From a candidate division FCPU426 bacterium (lineage in GTDB: Bacteria > Oederibacteriota > Muellerivitia > Muellerivitales > Muellerivitaceae): 64,000 nucleotides of DNA. Every line of letters begins with the position of its first letter. Position 1 is the first letter of the stretch. The notes beneath the pieces are model-generated. The model made no database searches. It saw only the letters and a program-made list of their open reading frames with translations, and was not told the origin of the DNA. The translations under genes and the position numbers were made by a program. Location of the stretch: the NCBI GenBank assembly GCA_963719085.1, contig CAVRAL010000001.1, positions 1,280,001-1,344,000 on the forward strand. The letters run 5' to 3'. Below are positions 31,155-40,439 of this stretch, piece by piece.

Positions 31155-31952
31155 ATGAAAAAGGCTACCGCATTCGGTTTATTGGGCGCGGCGCTGGGCC
31201 TGGGCGCGCCCCTGGGGGCCTTCCTAGTCCGCGGCCTGATGGCGCCCCCGCCGCTGCTCGGCCACCTGGCGGGCGAATGGGGCCAATACGGTTTTTTTTA
31301 TTCTTACATGCTGTTGGGAACCTGCTCGGTTTTCGGTGTTTTCGGTTTGTACCTAGGCCGCCAAACCGACCGGGTCTTGACGCTCAACCGGGAACTTTCG
31401 AACGAAGTCGTGACCGATCCACTGACCGGGCTGGGCAACCACCGTTTCCTGCACGACTTCCTCAAGATTGAATTCCGCAAAACCTCCGTCCCTTCGAGGC
31501 CTCTTTCCTGCCTGATGATGGATTTGGACTTTTTCAAAAGGGTCAACGATACCTACGGCCATCCCTTTGGGGACCGGGTATTGGTGGGTTTTTCCAAGAT
31601 CGTCCAACAGTGCCTCCGGCAGGGCGATGTGGCCACCCGCTACGGCGGCGAGGAATTCCTCTGTATCCTGCCCAACTGCGACGAAAAGGACGCTTTAAAG
31701 GCGGCCGAACGCATCCGCGCCGAGACTCAAAAGGCCGTCTTTCGGGACGGAATCCACGAAACCCAAATCACCGTCAGCATCGGGGCGGTCACCCTGCCCC
31801 GCCCTTTAGGGTTGGACTATCAAGCTCTCATTGACGCGGCCGACAAAAACCTTTACGAGGCCAAGGGCCGGGGCCGAAACCAGGTCGTGCTGCGTACCTT
31901 GGATGCCCCGGTTGCCCCTTGTCAAGAAAGCGGCCAACAGCGCGCAATATGA
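31155..31952 (+). CDS. Membrane diguanylate cyclase
   Basis: DPLTG, DLDFFKRVNDTYGH, RQGD I-site, RYGGEEF. Confidence 0.93.
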   Translation: MKKATAFGLLGAALGLGAPLGAFLVRGLMAPPPLLGHLAGEWGQYGFFYSYMLLGTCSVFGVFGLYLGRQTDRVLTLNRELSNEVVTDPLTGLGNHRFLHDFLKIEFRKTSVPSRPLSCLMMDLDFFKRVNDTYGHPFGDRVLVGFSKIVQQCLRQGDVATRYGGEEFLCILPNCDEKDALKAAERIRAETQKAVFRDGIHETQITVSIGAVTLPRPLGLDYQALIDAADKNLYEAKGRGRNQVVLRTLDAPVAPCQESGQQRAI

Positions 31953-31963
31953 CCCAAGTCATA
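31948..31963. promoter_or_regulatory. Crp/Fnr-type box
   Basis: TATGACCCAAGTCATA upstream of cydA. Confidence 0.72.
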
Positions 31964-32042
31964 AAATCGAGTCTCCCGCTCCTTTAACATCAAACTGTTC
32001 GTTTGACCTTTTCTTGAACCTGGAAAAAACAAGGAGCCATTC

Positions 32043-33389
32043 ATGGATGTGCTGAGCCTTTCCCGCGCCCAATTCGGTTTCACCGTCGCCTTTCATTATA
32101 TTTTCCCTCCCTTGAGCATCGGCTTGGGGCTAATCCTGGTTTCCATGGAAGGGCTTTACTATTTCACCCGGAAAACCCTCTACCTGGAAATGGCCAAATT
32201 TTGGACCCGGATCTTCGGACTGATCTTCGCCATCGGCGTGGCCTCCGGCATCGTGATGGAATTCCAATTCGGCACCAACTGGGCCACCTATTCCCGTTTC
32301 GTGGGCGACGTTTTCGGAAGCGCCTTGGCCGCCGAGGGCATCTTCGCTTTTTTCCTGGAGTCGGGATTCCTCGCCCTGCTTTTATTCGGTTGGGACCGCA
32401 TCAACCGGGGCACGCATTTTTTCGCCACCTTCATGGTGGCCCTGGGCGCCCACTTCAGCGCGGTCTGGATCGTGGTGGCCAATTCCTGGCAGCAGACCCC
32501 CTCGGGCTACCACTTGGTGGGACAACCCGGCGGCGCCGTGCGGGCCGAGGTCACCGACTTTTGGCAGGTTGTTTTTAGCCCCTCCACCCTGGACCGCCTT
32601 TGGCATGTTTATATGGGCGCCTGGCAGGCCGGGGCTTTCGCCGTCTTAAGCGTGAGCGCTTATTATCTTTTACGGGGCAAAAACTTGGACTTCGCCAAAA
32701 GTTCCATGAAGATCGCCCTGGTCATCGCCGCCATCGCCTCAATCCTCCAGCTTTTTTCCGGCCATGACAGCGCGGTGGTGGTTTCCCAAACCCAGCCCGC
32801 CAAGCTGGCGGCTTATGAGGGCCATTATGACGCGCTGGGTCCAGCGCCCCTTTATTTATTCGGCTGGGTGGATGAGAAAAACCAGCAAACCCACGGCGCC
32901 TTCATTCCCGGTCTTCTCAGTTACCTGGTCACGGGTAAAACCGACGGGCCCGTCACGGGCTTGAATTCCTTCACGCCCGACAAGAGGCCGCCGGTGAATT
33001 TCGTCTTCCAAACCTACCACGCCATGATCGCCATCGGCATGGCGCTGATCCTGATCGCCTGGACCGGGATATTCCTCTGGCTCCGCGGTTCGCTTTTTAA
33101 GTCCGCCTGGTTCCTTAAAATTTTGGTGCCCAGCGTGCTTTTGCCCCAATTGGCCAACCAACTGGGGTGGTTTTCCGCCGAGGTGGGCCGCCAGCCCTAC
33201 ATCGTTTATAACCTGATGAAGACCTCGGACGCCCTGTCCAAGACCGTGAACGCCTCCGAGGTTTTGACTTCCCTGATTCTTTTCGGCTTCATTTACCTGC
33301 TTTTGTTCATCCTCTTCGTCTATCTGCTGAACGATAAAATCCAAAAGGGTCTCCAAATGGAAACCCCCGAACAAGGGAGGCGCGCGTGA
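32043..33389 (+). CDS. cydA: Cytochrome bd quinol oxidase subunit I
   Basis: [36 protein letters not shown]. Confidence 0.96.
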   Translation: MDVLSLSRAQFGFTVAFHYIFPPLSIGLGLILVSMEGLYYFTRKTLYLEMAKFWTRIFGLIFAIGVASGIVMEFQFGTNWATYSRFVGDVFGSALAAEGIFAFFLESGFLALLLFGWDRINRGTHFFATFMVALGAHFSAVWIVVANSWQQTPSGYHLVGQPGGAVRAEVTDFWQVVFSPSTLDRLWHVYMGAWQAGAFAVLSVSAYYLLRGKNLDFAKSSMKIALVIAAIASILQLFSGHDSAVVVSQTQPAKLAAYEGHYDALGPAPLYLFGWVDEKNQQTHGAFIPGLLSYLVTGKTDGPVTGLNSFTPDKRPPVNFVFQTYHAMIAIGMALILIAWTGIFLWLRGSLFKSAWFLKILVPSVLLPQLANQLGWFSAEVGRQPYIVYNLMKTSDALSKTVNASEVLTSLILFGFIYLLLFILFVYLLNDKIQKGLQMETPEQGRRA

Positions 33390-34408
33390 ACTTCGACTGG
33401 CAAACGCTTTGGTTTATTTTGGTGGGGGTGCTGCTCAGCGGTTACGCCATCCTGGACGGCTTTGACCTGGGAGTGGGCGCCCTGCATCTTTTCGTCAAGA
33501 AGGAGCAGGAACGGCGGATTTTCCTGAACGCCATCGGGCCCATTTGGGACGGCAACGAGGTGTGGCTGGTCACCGGCGGCGGGGCCCTTTTCGCGGCCTT
33601 TCCCGAGGTTTACGCCACGGTCTTCTCGGGCTTCTACCTGGCCTTCATGCTGCTCCTCGTGGCCCTCATTTTCCGGGCCATCGCCATTGAATTCAGGAGC
33701 AAACAGCCCATGGCCTGGTGGCGCAACCTTTGGGACGTGAGTTTCAGCGTGAGCAGCATCGTTTCCAGCCTCTTGGTGGGAGTGGCCTTGGGCAACATCG
33801 CCTGGGGAATCCCCATCGGGCCCGACCATGAGTTCGCGGGATCTTTCTTGGGGCTTTTAACCCCCTACCCCCTGCTTTTGGGCGTGACCACCCTGGCCCT
33901 TTTCATGATGCACGGCTCGATCTATATCGTGCTCAAGACCGAGGGAATCCTGCAGGCCCGTTTGAAAACCTGGGTGCCCAACACCATGATCGCCTTCATC
34001 CTTTTATATGTCTTCACCACCATCGCCACCCTGCTCTTCATTCCCCACATGGTGGACACCATCAAGCGCGTTCCGGTCCTGGCTTTGATCCCCGTCATCA
34101 GCGTGCTGGCCATCGCCAACATCCCCCGCAATATCAGCAAAGGACATGGCCTGGGGGCCTTTTTCTCCTCTTGCGCGGCGCTTTTGAGTTTGATGGCTTT
34201 GTTCGGCATCGGCATGTACCCAAACATGGTTTTTTCAAACCCCTCGCCGGAAAACAGCCTCACCATTTATAATTCCTGCTCCTCCATCAAAACCTTGAAG
34301 ATCATGGCGCTCTTCGCCCTGATCGGAATGCCTTTGGTCTTGTCTTATACGGCCAGCATCTATTGGGTTTTCCGGGGTAAGGTCAAACTGGACAACCACA
34401 GCTATTAA
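33386..34408 (+). CDS. cydB: Cytochrome bd quinol oxidase subunit II
   Basis: LDGFDLG, PIWDGNEVW, YWVFRGK; GTGA overlap with cydA. Confidence 0.96.
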   Translation: MNFDWQTLWFILVGVLLSGYAILDGFDLGVGALHLFVKKEQERRIFLNAIGPIWDGNEVWLVTGGGALFAAFPEVYATVFSGFYLAFMLLLVALIFRAIAIEFRSKQPMAWWRNLWDVSFSVSSIVSSLLVGVALGNIAWGIPIGPDHEFAGSFLGLLTPYPLLLGVTTLALFMMHGSIYIVLKTEGILQARLKTWVPNTMIAFILLYVFTTIATLLFIPHMVDTIKRVPVLALIPVISVLAIANIPRNISKGHGLGAFFSSCAALLSLMALFGIGMYPNMVFSNPSPENSLTIYNSCSSIKTLKIMALFALIGMPLVLSYTASIYWVFRGKVKLDNHSY

Positions 34409-34470
34409 TTCAACGCAAAGCTTTCATTTGGCCCGGGAATGGGCCAAGTGAAAGAAGCGGGGTCGCTCAG

Positions 34471-34809
34471 CTAGGCTTGCTGCGCGCGGCGCAGGCGGCT
34501 TCGGTTGGAACGGCGCTCCACCTTCGCGCCTTTTCCCCGGAACCCCATCACGGCCTTTGTGGCATGGGGTCCATGGGGCTCCCGGTTGGAATAGCTTCCC
34601 CGGTGGTGAAACTCCTCGATGGCCTTGGTTCCCGCCGGCGGGGTTCCCTTTTGAGCCTTGGAAAAACGCCGGGTCTTGTTTTTCACCGGCTTGCCCCCGG
34701 GAATAATCCAAGCTGCGTCTTTTTTATCGGCCACAGGTAATTCGCCCGGCGGCGTCCAAAACCATTTACCCACGCGCCATTTAAATTTCTCGATCCATTG
34801 GTTTGCCAT
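34471..34809 (-). CDS. Basic hypothetical protein
   Basis: GGAGG RBS; Crp/Fnr-type box upstream. Confidence 0.55.
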   Translation of the reverse strand: MANQWIEKFKWRVGKWFWTPPGELPVADKKDAAWIIPGGKPVKNKTRRFSKAQKGTPPAGTKAIEEFHHRGSYSNREPHGPHATKAVMGFRGKGAKVERRSNRSRLRRAQQA

Positions 34810-34861
34810 AGCTTCCTCCTTTTTCCTTGATTCCATCCTAGGCCGATCCGGAGGACTTTTT

Positions 34862-34877
34862 TATGACCTGGGTCATA
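34862..34877. promoter_or_regulatory. Crp/Fnr-type box
   Basis: TATGACCTGGGTCATA. Confidence 0.72.
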
Positions 34878-34987
34878 AGTCAAAGTGACCGGAGTCGGAA
34901 AATGGCTGGCGGAGGGCTTGAAAAATCGAAACAAAAAAGCCATGGAACCGAACGGTTCCATGGCTTTGGAAACCCGGGCGGCAGCGG

Positions 34988-35275
34988 CTACGGATGCCAC
35001 TCTTCCCAGTGATCCCCGTGGGCCCGGTGCCAATCATCGTCATGATGGTCATACCAGATCCGATGGTGGTCGCTATCGTAGTAATAAAGCGGATGGCCTA
35101 AGTCCACCGTTACCCGCCTGACGCAGCCCGCGGACAAACCCGCCCCCAAAACCAGAAGAAGGACCAGGACCTTCGCCGGACTCAAAGCCCGGCGCCCGCC
35201 CTTCAAAAACCAATAACCGAATCCTCCCACCGCCACAGCGGTCAAAGCCACTGCCAGAAAATGAATCAGTCCCAT
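34988..35275 (-). CDS. Small membrane/lipoprotein with His/Trp/Asp-rich tail
   Basis: GGAGG RBS, two hydrophobic segments, LSAGC lipobox-like motif, HHRIWYDHHDDDWHRAHGDHWEEWHP. Confidence 0.6.
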   Translation of the reverse strand: MGLIHFLAVALTAVAVGGFGYWFLKGGRRALSPAKVLVLLLVLGAGLSAGCVRRVTVDLGHPLYYYDSDHHRIWYDHHDDDWHRAHGDHWEEWHP

Positions 35276-35504
35276 AAAGCACCTCCATGGGTCAATCACT
35301 TCCCCGCCGATGTGGCCGGGAAAATGAACTGCTCACAATCAACTCTGTTCAATTCCATTAATTTATCCTAGGCTCCAAAAGCTAAAAAATGCCAGGCCTG
35401 GGCAAAATAGATCTCATAGGCGGTCAAAATTTTACGCTCCCTCCGGGCAGGCTCCGGCGTCTAAAGGAAAACCTTGCCCTTCTTGAGAAATCCCTTTTCC
35501 CAAT

Positions 35505-35536
35505 AAAAAAGCCCGCCGCCCAAAGGCGGCAGGCTT
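35505..35536 (-). terminator. Rho-independent terminator after the MFS gene
   Basis: GCCCGCCGCC-CAAA-GGCGGCAGGC hairpin with a minus-strand U tract. Confidence 0.75.
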
Positions 35537-35639
35537 CCATCCACTTAATTTTGAAATTGAGATTTGACGCTTATTCCGCGGCCGCTTCCCTACATTTAAT
35601 TGTCAAGTTGAGGAGCGACGCCTCGCCTACTCGGCGGCC
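35533..35639. repeat. Imperfect ~50-bp tandem duplication including the MFS 3' end
   Basis: Copies at 35533-35583 and 35584-35639; on the minus strand both begin with Ala-Ala-Glu-stop codons. Confidence 0.6.
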
Positions 35640-37261
35640 ATATGCTTGGTCTCCATCGCTTGGGGCCGCTTGAGGAAAAAGATCGGAATCGCCGTCAGGG
35701 CGATGGCGATCAGCATGTACCAACCCACCTCATCAAAACCCATCACGAAGGCCTGCTTCTTGACCCGGAAATAGGCTTCCTTGGCCAAGAGATTCATCGG
35801 ATGGGACAATCCCACTTCGTTCGAAAAACGGTAAGCCACGCCCTGCACGCTCTGGGCCCACTGGCTGAATCCCATGGCGAGGGGGCTGATGAACTGGCGC
35901 AGGTGGTCATAGGCCTTATCCTGGGCGTGATCGAAAAAGACGGAAAGAACAGCGATGCCCAAGCTTCCGCCCAATTGCCGGGACAGGTTCATCATGCCGG
36001 CGGCCTGGCCCAGCGAGGGTCCCTTGAAGGCGCCCAACACCATGGCGTTCAAAGGAATAAAGATGCCCGGCAAGCCGATGCCCCGCACCATGAGCGGCCA
36101 GAAAAGTTCCCAATAGCCGGACTGGGGCGACAGATAGGTCAGCATGTACATGCCCAGCGCGGTGATCGCGATGCCCGACAGCATGAAAAGCCGGGGCTCA
36201 TATTTAAAGAGAAGCGCGCCCACGATGGGCATCATGACGCCCATGGCCAGGGAGCTTGGCATAAAAAGGTAGCCGGTCGCCGTCGCGTCCATGTTTAAAA
36301 TATTAGTGGCGAAAAAGGGGATGAAAAAAAAGCCGGCGGTCACGATGGTCCCCACCAAGCCCATGACCAAGACGCCGTTGGCCAGCTCCATGCGCTTAAA
36401 GAGCTTCAAATCCACGATTGGATATTCCTGATTCCATTCCCACCAAACAAACAGCGGCAGGGCCAAAGCGCCGATGAGCGTCAGGGTCATAATCGTGCTC
36501 GAGGAGAACCAATCATCCGCTCCCCCGCGTTCCAAAACAAACTGGAGGCATCCCACCCAAACGGTCAAAAGCGCCAGACCCATGCTGTCCATGGGCGCTT
36601 CCCTCATCCGGCGGTGCGCCTCGCTATCCTCGCCATCCTTTGAATGGTTTTTCACGAACAGGGTGGTCAAAAAGGCCGCCAAGAGTCCCAAGGGCAGGTT
36701 GATATAAAAGATCCAGCGCCAACCCATGTGGTCGGTCAGCCAGCCGCCCAAAGGCGGGCCGATGGTCGGCCCCACGATGACCACGATGCCGAACAAAGAA
36801 CTCCCCATGCCCGCCCGCTTGCCCGGGAAAAGTTCTTGGATGATGGCCTGCGATGTCGGCAATAAAGCACCGCCCGCCGCGCCCTGGATGAGCCGGAAAA
36901 AGACCAAGGTCCAAAGGTTCGGCGAAAGCCCGCAAGCCACCGAAGCGGCGGTAAAAAGAAGGATGCAGGTGATCAGGTAACTGCGGCGGCCAAAGCGAAT
37001 GCCCAGCCAGCCCGAAATGGGAAGCACGATGGCGTTCGTCACGATATAGCCGGTCACCACCCAGCCGATCTCATCCAGGGTGGCTCCCAGGTTGCCCATC
37101 ATGGTGGGCAGGGCCACGTTGACGATGGTGGCATCGATGACTTGCAGCAAAGCCGCCATGCCCACGGTCAAGATGACCATGATTTCCACGCGGGTCAGGC
37201 CCCCGGCGTGTTCTTCCACCGGGGCGGGAGCGGTTATTTTCTTAGGGTTAGAGGCCGGCAT
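35627..37261 (-). CDS. DHA2 (EmrB/QacA) MFS efflux transporter
   Basis: DATIVNVALP, WVVTGY, GPTIGPPLGG, WRWIFYINLP, RQLGGSLG. Confidence 0.93.
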   Translation of the reverse strand: MPASNPKKITAPAPVEEHAGGLTRVEIMVILTVGMAALLQVIDATIVNVALPTMMGNLGATLDEIGWVVTGYIVTNAIVLPISGWLGIRFGRRSYLITCILLFTAASVACGLSPNLWTLVFFRLIQGAAGGALLPTSQAIIQELFPGKRAGMGSSLFGIVVIVGPTIGPPLGGWLTDHMGWRWIFYINLPLGLLAAFLTTLFVKNHSKDGEDSEAHRRMREAPMDSMGLALLTVWVGCLQFVLERGGADDWFSSSTIMTLTLIGALALPLFVWWEWNQEYPIVDLKLFKRMELANGVLVMGLVGTIVTAGFFFIPFFATNILNMDATATGYLFMPSSLAMGVMMPIVGALLFKYEPRLFMLSGIAITALGMYMLTYLSPQSGYWELFWPLMVRGIGLPGIFIPLNAMVLGAFKGPSLGQAAGMMNLSRQLGGSLGIAVLSVFFDHAQDKAYDHLRQFISPLAMGFSQWAQSVQGVAYRFSNEVGLSHPMNLLAKEAYFRVKKQAFVMGFDEVGWYMLIAIALTAIPIFFLKRPQAMETKHMAAE

Positions 37262-37367
37262 TCGGGGTCCCTCTCAAAATTTCAGGGGCAGTTGGATGAC
37301 TTTTCTATTAGTGGTATAAGGATTAGGGACTTTTTCCACAAGTAGGCACAAAAAGGATACCGACCCC

Positions 37368-37781
37368 TTGATGAAACCCAAGCCCGTCCGCCGTCAAAAA
37401 CCCGTCCAATCCCTGGAAATCAACGGAGTGCGCTATGAGATCGCCCAGCGCATTGAGATCATCGGAAAGGTCCTCAAGGTGGTGGGCGGCAAGTGGAAGC
37501 TTCTTATCATCTACCACCTGACCACCAACAAGTTTTGCCGCTTTGGCGAGCTCCAACGCAAGATCCCCGGCATCACCCGGCGCATCTTGACGCTTCAGTT
37601 GAGGGAAATGGAAAAAGACGGCCTGGTCCACCGCAAGATTTACGCGGAAATGCCACCTCGGGTCGAATACACCATCACCAAGGAAGGCTATGCCCTGCGG
37701 AAGGTTTACCGCCAAATGCTCTACTGGGGGGCCAATCATCCCAAGCTTTTGAACAAGGCCAGCCGTTCGGAAGACAAATAA
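37368..37781 (+). CDS. HxlR family transcriptional regulator
   Basis: GGKWKLLI, RFGELQRKIPGIT..LTLQLREME, PPRVEY. Confidence 0.92.
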   Translation: MMKPKPVRRQKPVQSLEINGVRYEIAQRIEIIGKVLKVVGGKWKLLIIYHLTTNKFCRFGELQRKIPGITRRILTLQLREMEKDGLVHRKIYAEMPPRVEYTITKEGYALRKVYRQMLYWGANHPKLLNKASRSEDK

Positions 37782-37831
37782 GGCGAAAGCCTTTCTTCCA
37801 AAAGTTTCCTCCGCCCTTGTTTTTTTATATT

Positions 37832-37848
37832 GTTACTATTAAAGTAAC
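37832..37848. promoter_or_regulatory. Rrf2 operator candidate GTTAC-N7-GTAAC
   Basis: Immediately before the Rrf2 ATG; second copy at 38289. Confidence 0.7.
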
Positions 37849-37851
37849 TTT

Positions 37852-38271
37852 ATGGCAACCAACACCCAATTTTCAATCGCGGTGCATTTTATGACCGCTT
37901 TGGGGGTCAATTCCCCGAACAGCGTCACGTCGAGCCGGATGGCCCAAAGTGTCAACACTTCCCCCAGCTTCGTGCGCCGGACGCTTTCAAAATTATCAAA
38001 AGCGGGTTTGGTCCATACCACCACCGGAAAGAACGGCGCCTGTACCCTCGCCCGGACTCCCAAAGCCATTTCGCTCTTGGATATCTACGAAGCGGTGGAA
38101 AGCCCCAAGATTTTCGCGATCCACCACTATCCGGAGGATAAAAGCTGCGCGGTCAGCTGCAACATCAAACCCGTCATGGAAAAGGTGTTGAAAGCGACCC
38201 AAAGGTCCACGGAAGAAAGTTTGGGGAAAGTGAGTTTGGCGGACGTTATTTCCGGCGTAAAGGCCGGCTGA
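37852..38271 (+). CDS. Rrf2 family regulator (HypR/SaiR-like)
   Basis: NTQFSIAVH, SVNTSPSFVRR, ISLLDIYEAV, CAVSCNI. Confidence 0.9.
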   Translation: MATNTQFSIAVHFMTALGVNSPNSVTSSRMAQSVNTSPSFVRRTLSKLSKAGLVHTTTGKNGACTLARTPKAISLLDIYEAVESPKIFAIHHYPEDKSCAVSCNIKPVMEKVLKATQRSTEESLGKVSLADVISGVKAG

Positions 38272-38286
38272 TTTTTTTTGCTTATT

Positions 38287-38307
38287 TTGTTACTTAAAAA
38301 GTAACAA
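38287..38307. promoter_or_regulatory. Rrf2 operator candidate TTGTTAC-N7-GTAACAA
   Basis: Upstream of the SDR RBS. Confidence 0.7.
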
Positions 38308-38326
38308 TAAACTCAAGGAGAATGAT

Positions 38327-39076
38327 ATGAAAAGGCTCGAAGGCAAAGTAGCGCTGGTAACCGGCGGTAATAGCGGCATCGGATTAGCGACGGTCAAAAG
38401 GTTCGTTGAGGAAGGGGCTGTTGTTTATTTCACCGGCCGCCGTCAAAAGCAACTCGATGAGGCGGCGAAATCGATCGGCGCCAACGCCATCCCCGTGCAG
38501 GGCGACATCGCGAAGCTGGCGGATTTGGACCGCCTCTACGCCAAGATCAAACAGGAAAAAGGACACTTGGACATTCTTTTCGCCAACGCCGGCACCTTTG
38601 AATTTTTGCCCATCGAAATGGTGTCGGAAGCGCATTTCGACAAACAGTTCAACACCAATGTCCGCGGCACGGTTTTCACAGTCCAAAAGGCCCTTCCCCT
38701 TTTGAAGGACGGCGCCTCAATTATCTTGAACGCCTCGATCGCCGGCTTAAAAGGCATGGCCGCCGCGTCGGTCTATAGCGCCACCAAAGCGGCGGTCCGC
38801 TCCCTGGCCCGCACCTTGGCCACAGACCTCAAGAGCCGGAAGATAAGGGTCAACATTGTCAGCCCCGGCCCGGTCTTGACGCCGGGTTTTGACACGTTAG
38901 GCATGACCAAGGAGCAAGTTCAAGGTTTCCTGGACAGCATGACCGCCCAGATTCCCTTGGGCCGCACGGGACAGCCCGTCGAGATCGCTAACGCGGTTCT
39001 TTTCTTGGCGTCCGACGAAAGCAGTTTCGTGAATGGCATTGAGTTGGTAGCCGATGGCGGCTTGTCGCAAGTCTAA
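38327..39076 (+). CDS. SDR family oxidoreductase
   Basis: TGGNSGIG, ANAG, YSATK. Confidence 0.93.
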   Translation: MKRLEGKVALVTGGNSGIGLATVKRFVEEGAVVYFTGRRQKQLDEAAKSIGANAIPVQGDIAKLADLDRLYAKIKQEKGHLDILFANAGTFEFLPIEMVSEAHFDKQFNTNVRGTVFTVQKALPLLKDGASIILNASIAGLKGMAAASVYSATKAAVRSLARTLATDLKSRKIRVNIVSPGPVLTPGFDTLGMTKEQVQGFLDSMTAQIPLGRTGQPVEIANAVLFLASDESSFVNGIELVADGGLSQV

Positions 39077-39088
39077 AAGAATTGGTAT

Positions 39089-39125
39089 AAAAAAGCCCTT
39101 AGGCGGAATGCTTAAGGGCTTTTTT
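39089..39125. terminator. Bidirectional terminator
   Basis: A-tract, AGCCCTTA...TAAGGGCT stem, T-tract between convergent genes. Confidence 0.8.
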
Positions 39126-39191
39126 AATTTCACGCTAGTTTCGAGTCAAAACAATCTCCGTCAATTCTCAAACCGAACCCTTTTAATTTGT

Positions 39192-39767
39192 TCAGGGATG
39201 AAACTTTTCGCCCTTCGAAAGCATTTCCACGAATTGGTTTATCCGTTTGCGCCGGGTTTCAGGTTTTTTCGCCGTTTGAAGCCGGTAAATGATGGAATAC
39301 ACATTGGGGCGGCTCAAACTTTCTAAAAAGACCTTCGCTTTTGAATTTTTACTGACTTCCCGCAAAAAATCCGCCGGTAATTCGGCTGAACTTTGCGATT
39401 GGTAGGCTTTCAACCAACGTCCGTCTTTTTTAGCGGATTCGATTTTTTGTAGTCCTACCGGTTTCATGCGGCCCGCTTTGATTAGGCGTTCGGCATGGCC
39501 GACATTGATCTTCGACCAAGCACTTTTCGACTGTCGCGGGCCAAATTTCTGCAGCCAGGCCTTATCATCAAAAGCCGCCTTTTGGCCGTCAATCCAACCG
39601 TAGCAAAGGGCTTCGTCCAAAGCTTCCGGGTAGCTAATCGAGATGACTTTAGAATCTTTCTTAAAAATTTTCAGCCAAACACCCTGAGACGCGACATGAT
39701 TTTTAGCGAGCCATTTTTTCCATTCATGGGCCGATTTGAAAGAAACGATTTTTAAGTCTCTGGCCAT
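39192..39767 (-). CDS. YdeI/OmpD-associated family protein
   Basis: EALCYGWIDG, SAWSKIN, AKKPETRRKRI. Confidence 0.88.
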   Translation of the reverse strand: MARDLKIVSFKSAHEWKKWLAKNHVASQGVWLKIFKKDSKVISISYPEALDEALCYGWIDGQKAAFDDKAWLQKFGPRQSKSAWSKINVGHAERLIKAGRMKPVGLQKIESAKKDGRWLKAYQSQSSAELPADFLREVSKNSKAKVFLESLSRPNVYSIIYRLQTAKKPETRRKRINQFVEMLSKGEKFHP

Positions 39768-39786
39768 TTTTAAACGTTCCTTTACT

Positions 39787-39814
39787 GGTCCAACCCGGGG
39801 CCCCGTCGCGGACA
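39787..39814. repeat. Degenerate copy of the 28-bp palindromic repeat
   Basis: GGTCCAACCCGGGGCCCCGTCGCGGACA, 22/28 to the consensus. Confidence 0.5.
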
Positions 39815-39902
39815 CCCGATCCCATCACATTGATTTTAATAAGGGAATTTCAAGATTTTCCATCAACTTCCCAGTAAAAATCGCTATCTTTTTTTCCCTT
39901 TA

Positions 39903-40214
39903 ATGTCTAACGTACAAGCCAATATCAAGGCTCTAGGAAGCCAAAAGGAAATCGCAATGGATATGTTGAACAGCAACCCCACGGAAACCGAGGCGGTCCC
40001 CACCTCCGTTCCAGCCCCCATGCCCAGCACCCCGGAATCGGCCGCCACTCCGGCCCCGACCCCCGCCCCTGCGCCGGTCGCAGCCGTTAAGATTGAAGTT
40101 GCAAAAACGGATAAAAAAACGGTTGGCGGATGGAACCGCTTTGCGGGCTACAACCCCAATGCCGCGAAAAACAAGCCAAAGGACGGCCGCAAAGGCCCCG
40201 GTGGCCGTAAGTAG
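39903..40214 (+). CDS. Pro/Ala-rich low-complexity small protein
   Basis: ORF with AAGGA before the internal ATG at 39957; followed by a hairpin terminator. Confidence 0.55.
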   Translation: MSNVQANIKALGSQKEIAMDMLNSNPTETEAVPTSVPAPMPSTPESAATPAPTPAPAPVAAVKIEVAKTDKKTVGGWNRFAGYNPNAAKNKPKDGRKGPGGRK

Positions 40215-40251
40215 TTCTAAAAAGGGCACGCGTTTCTTTTTCGTCTGGAAA

Positions 40252-40300
40252 TAAAAAAGGGCCACACAGTACGCATCGAGCGTGAAGAGTGGCCCTTTTT
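40252..40300. terminator. Terminator hairpin
   Basis: AAAAAAGGGCCAC...GTGGCCCTTTTT. Confidence 0.65.
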
Positions 40301-40403
40301 GTTTAACCCTTAGCTCTTAAAACATATGGGTCCAGTTGGAGTTCCCCCGCCTTAGTGGGCGGTCCATCTGTCAATTGTCAAGCCTGACCCTTTTACCTCT
40401 ATA

Positions 40404-40430
40404 TGACAGGCCGGCGCTCTAACCAAGCTA
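40404..40430 (-). repeat. Degenerate tRNA-Asp fragment (possible old att scar)
   Basis: 40404-40426 matches tRNA 52662-52684 at 22/23, followed by GCTA after a 4-nt gap. Confidence 0.65.
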
Positions 40431-40439
40431 AAAATATTG

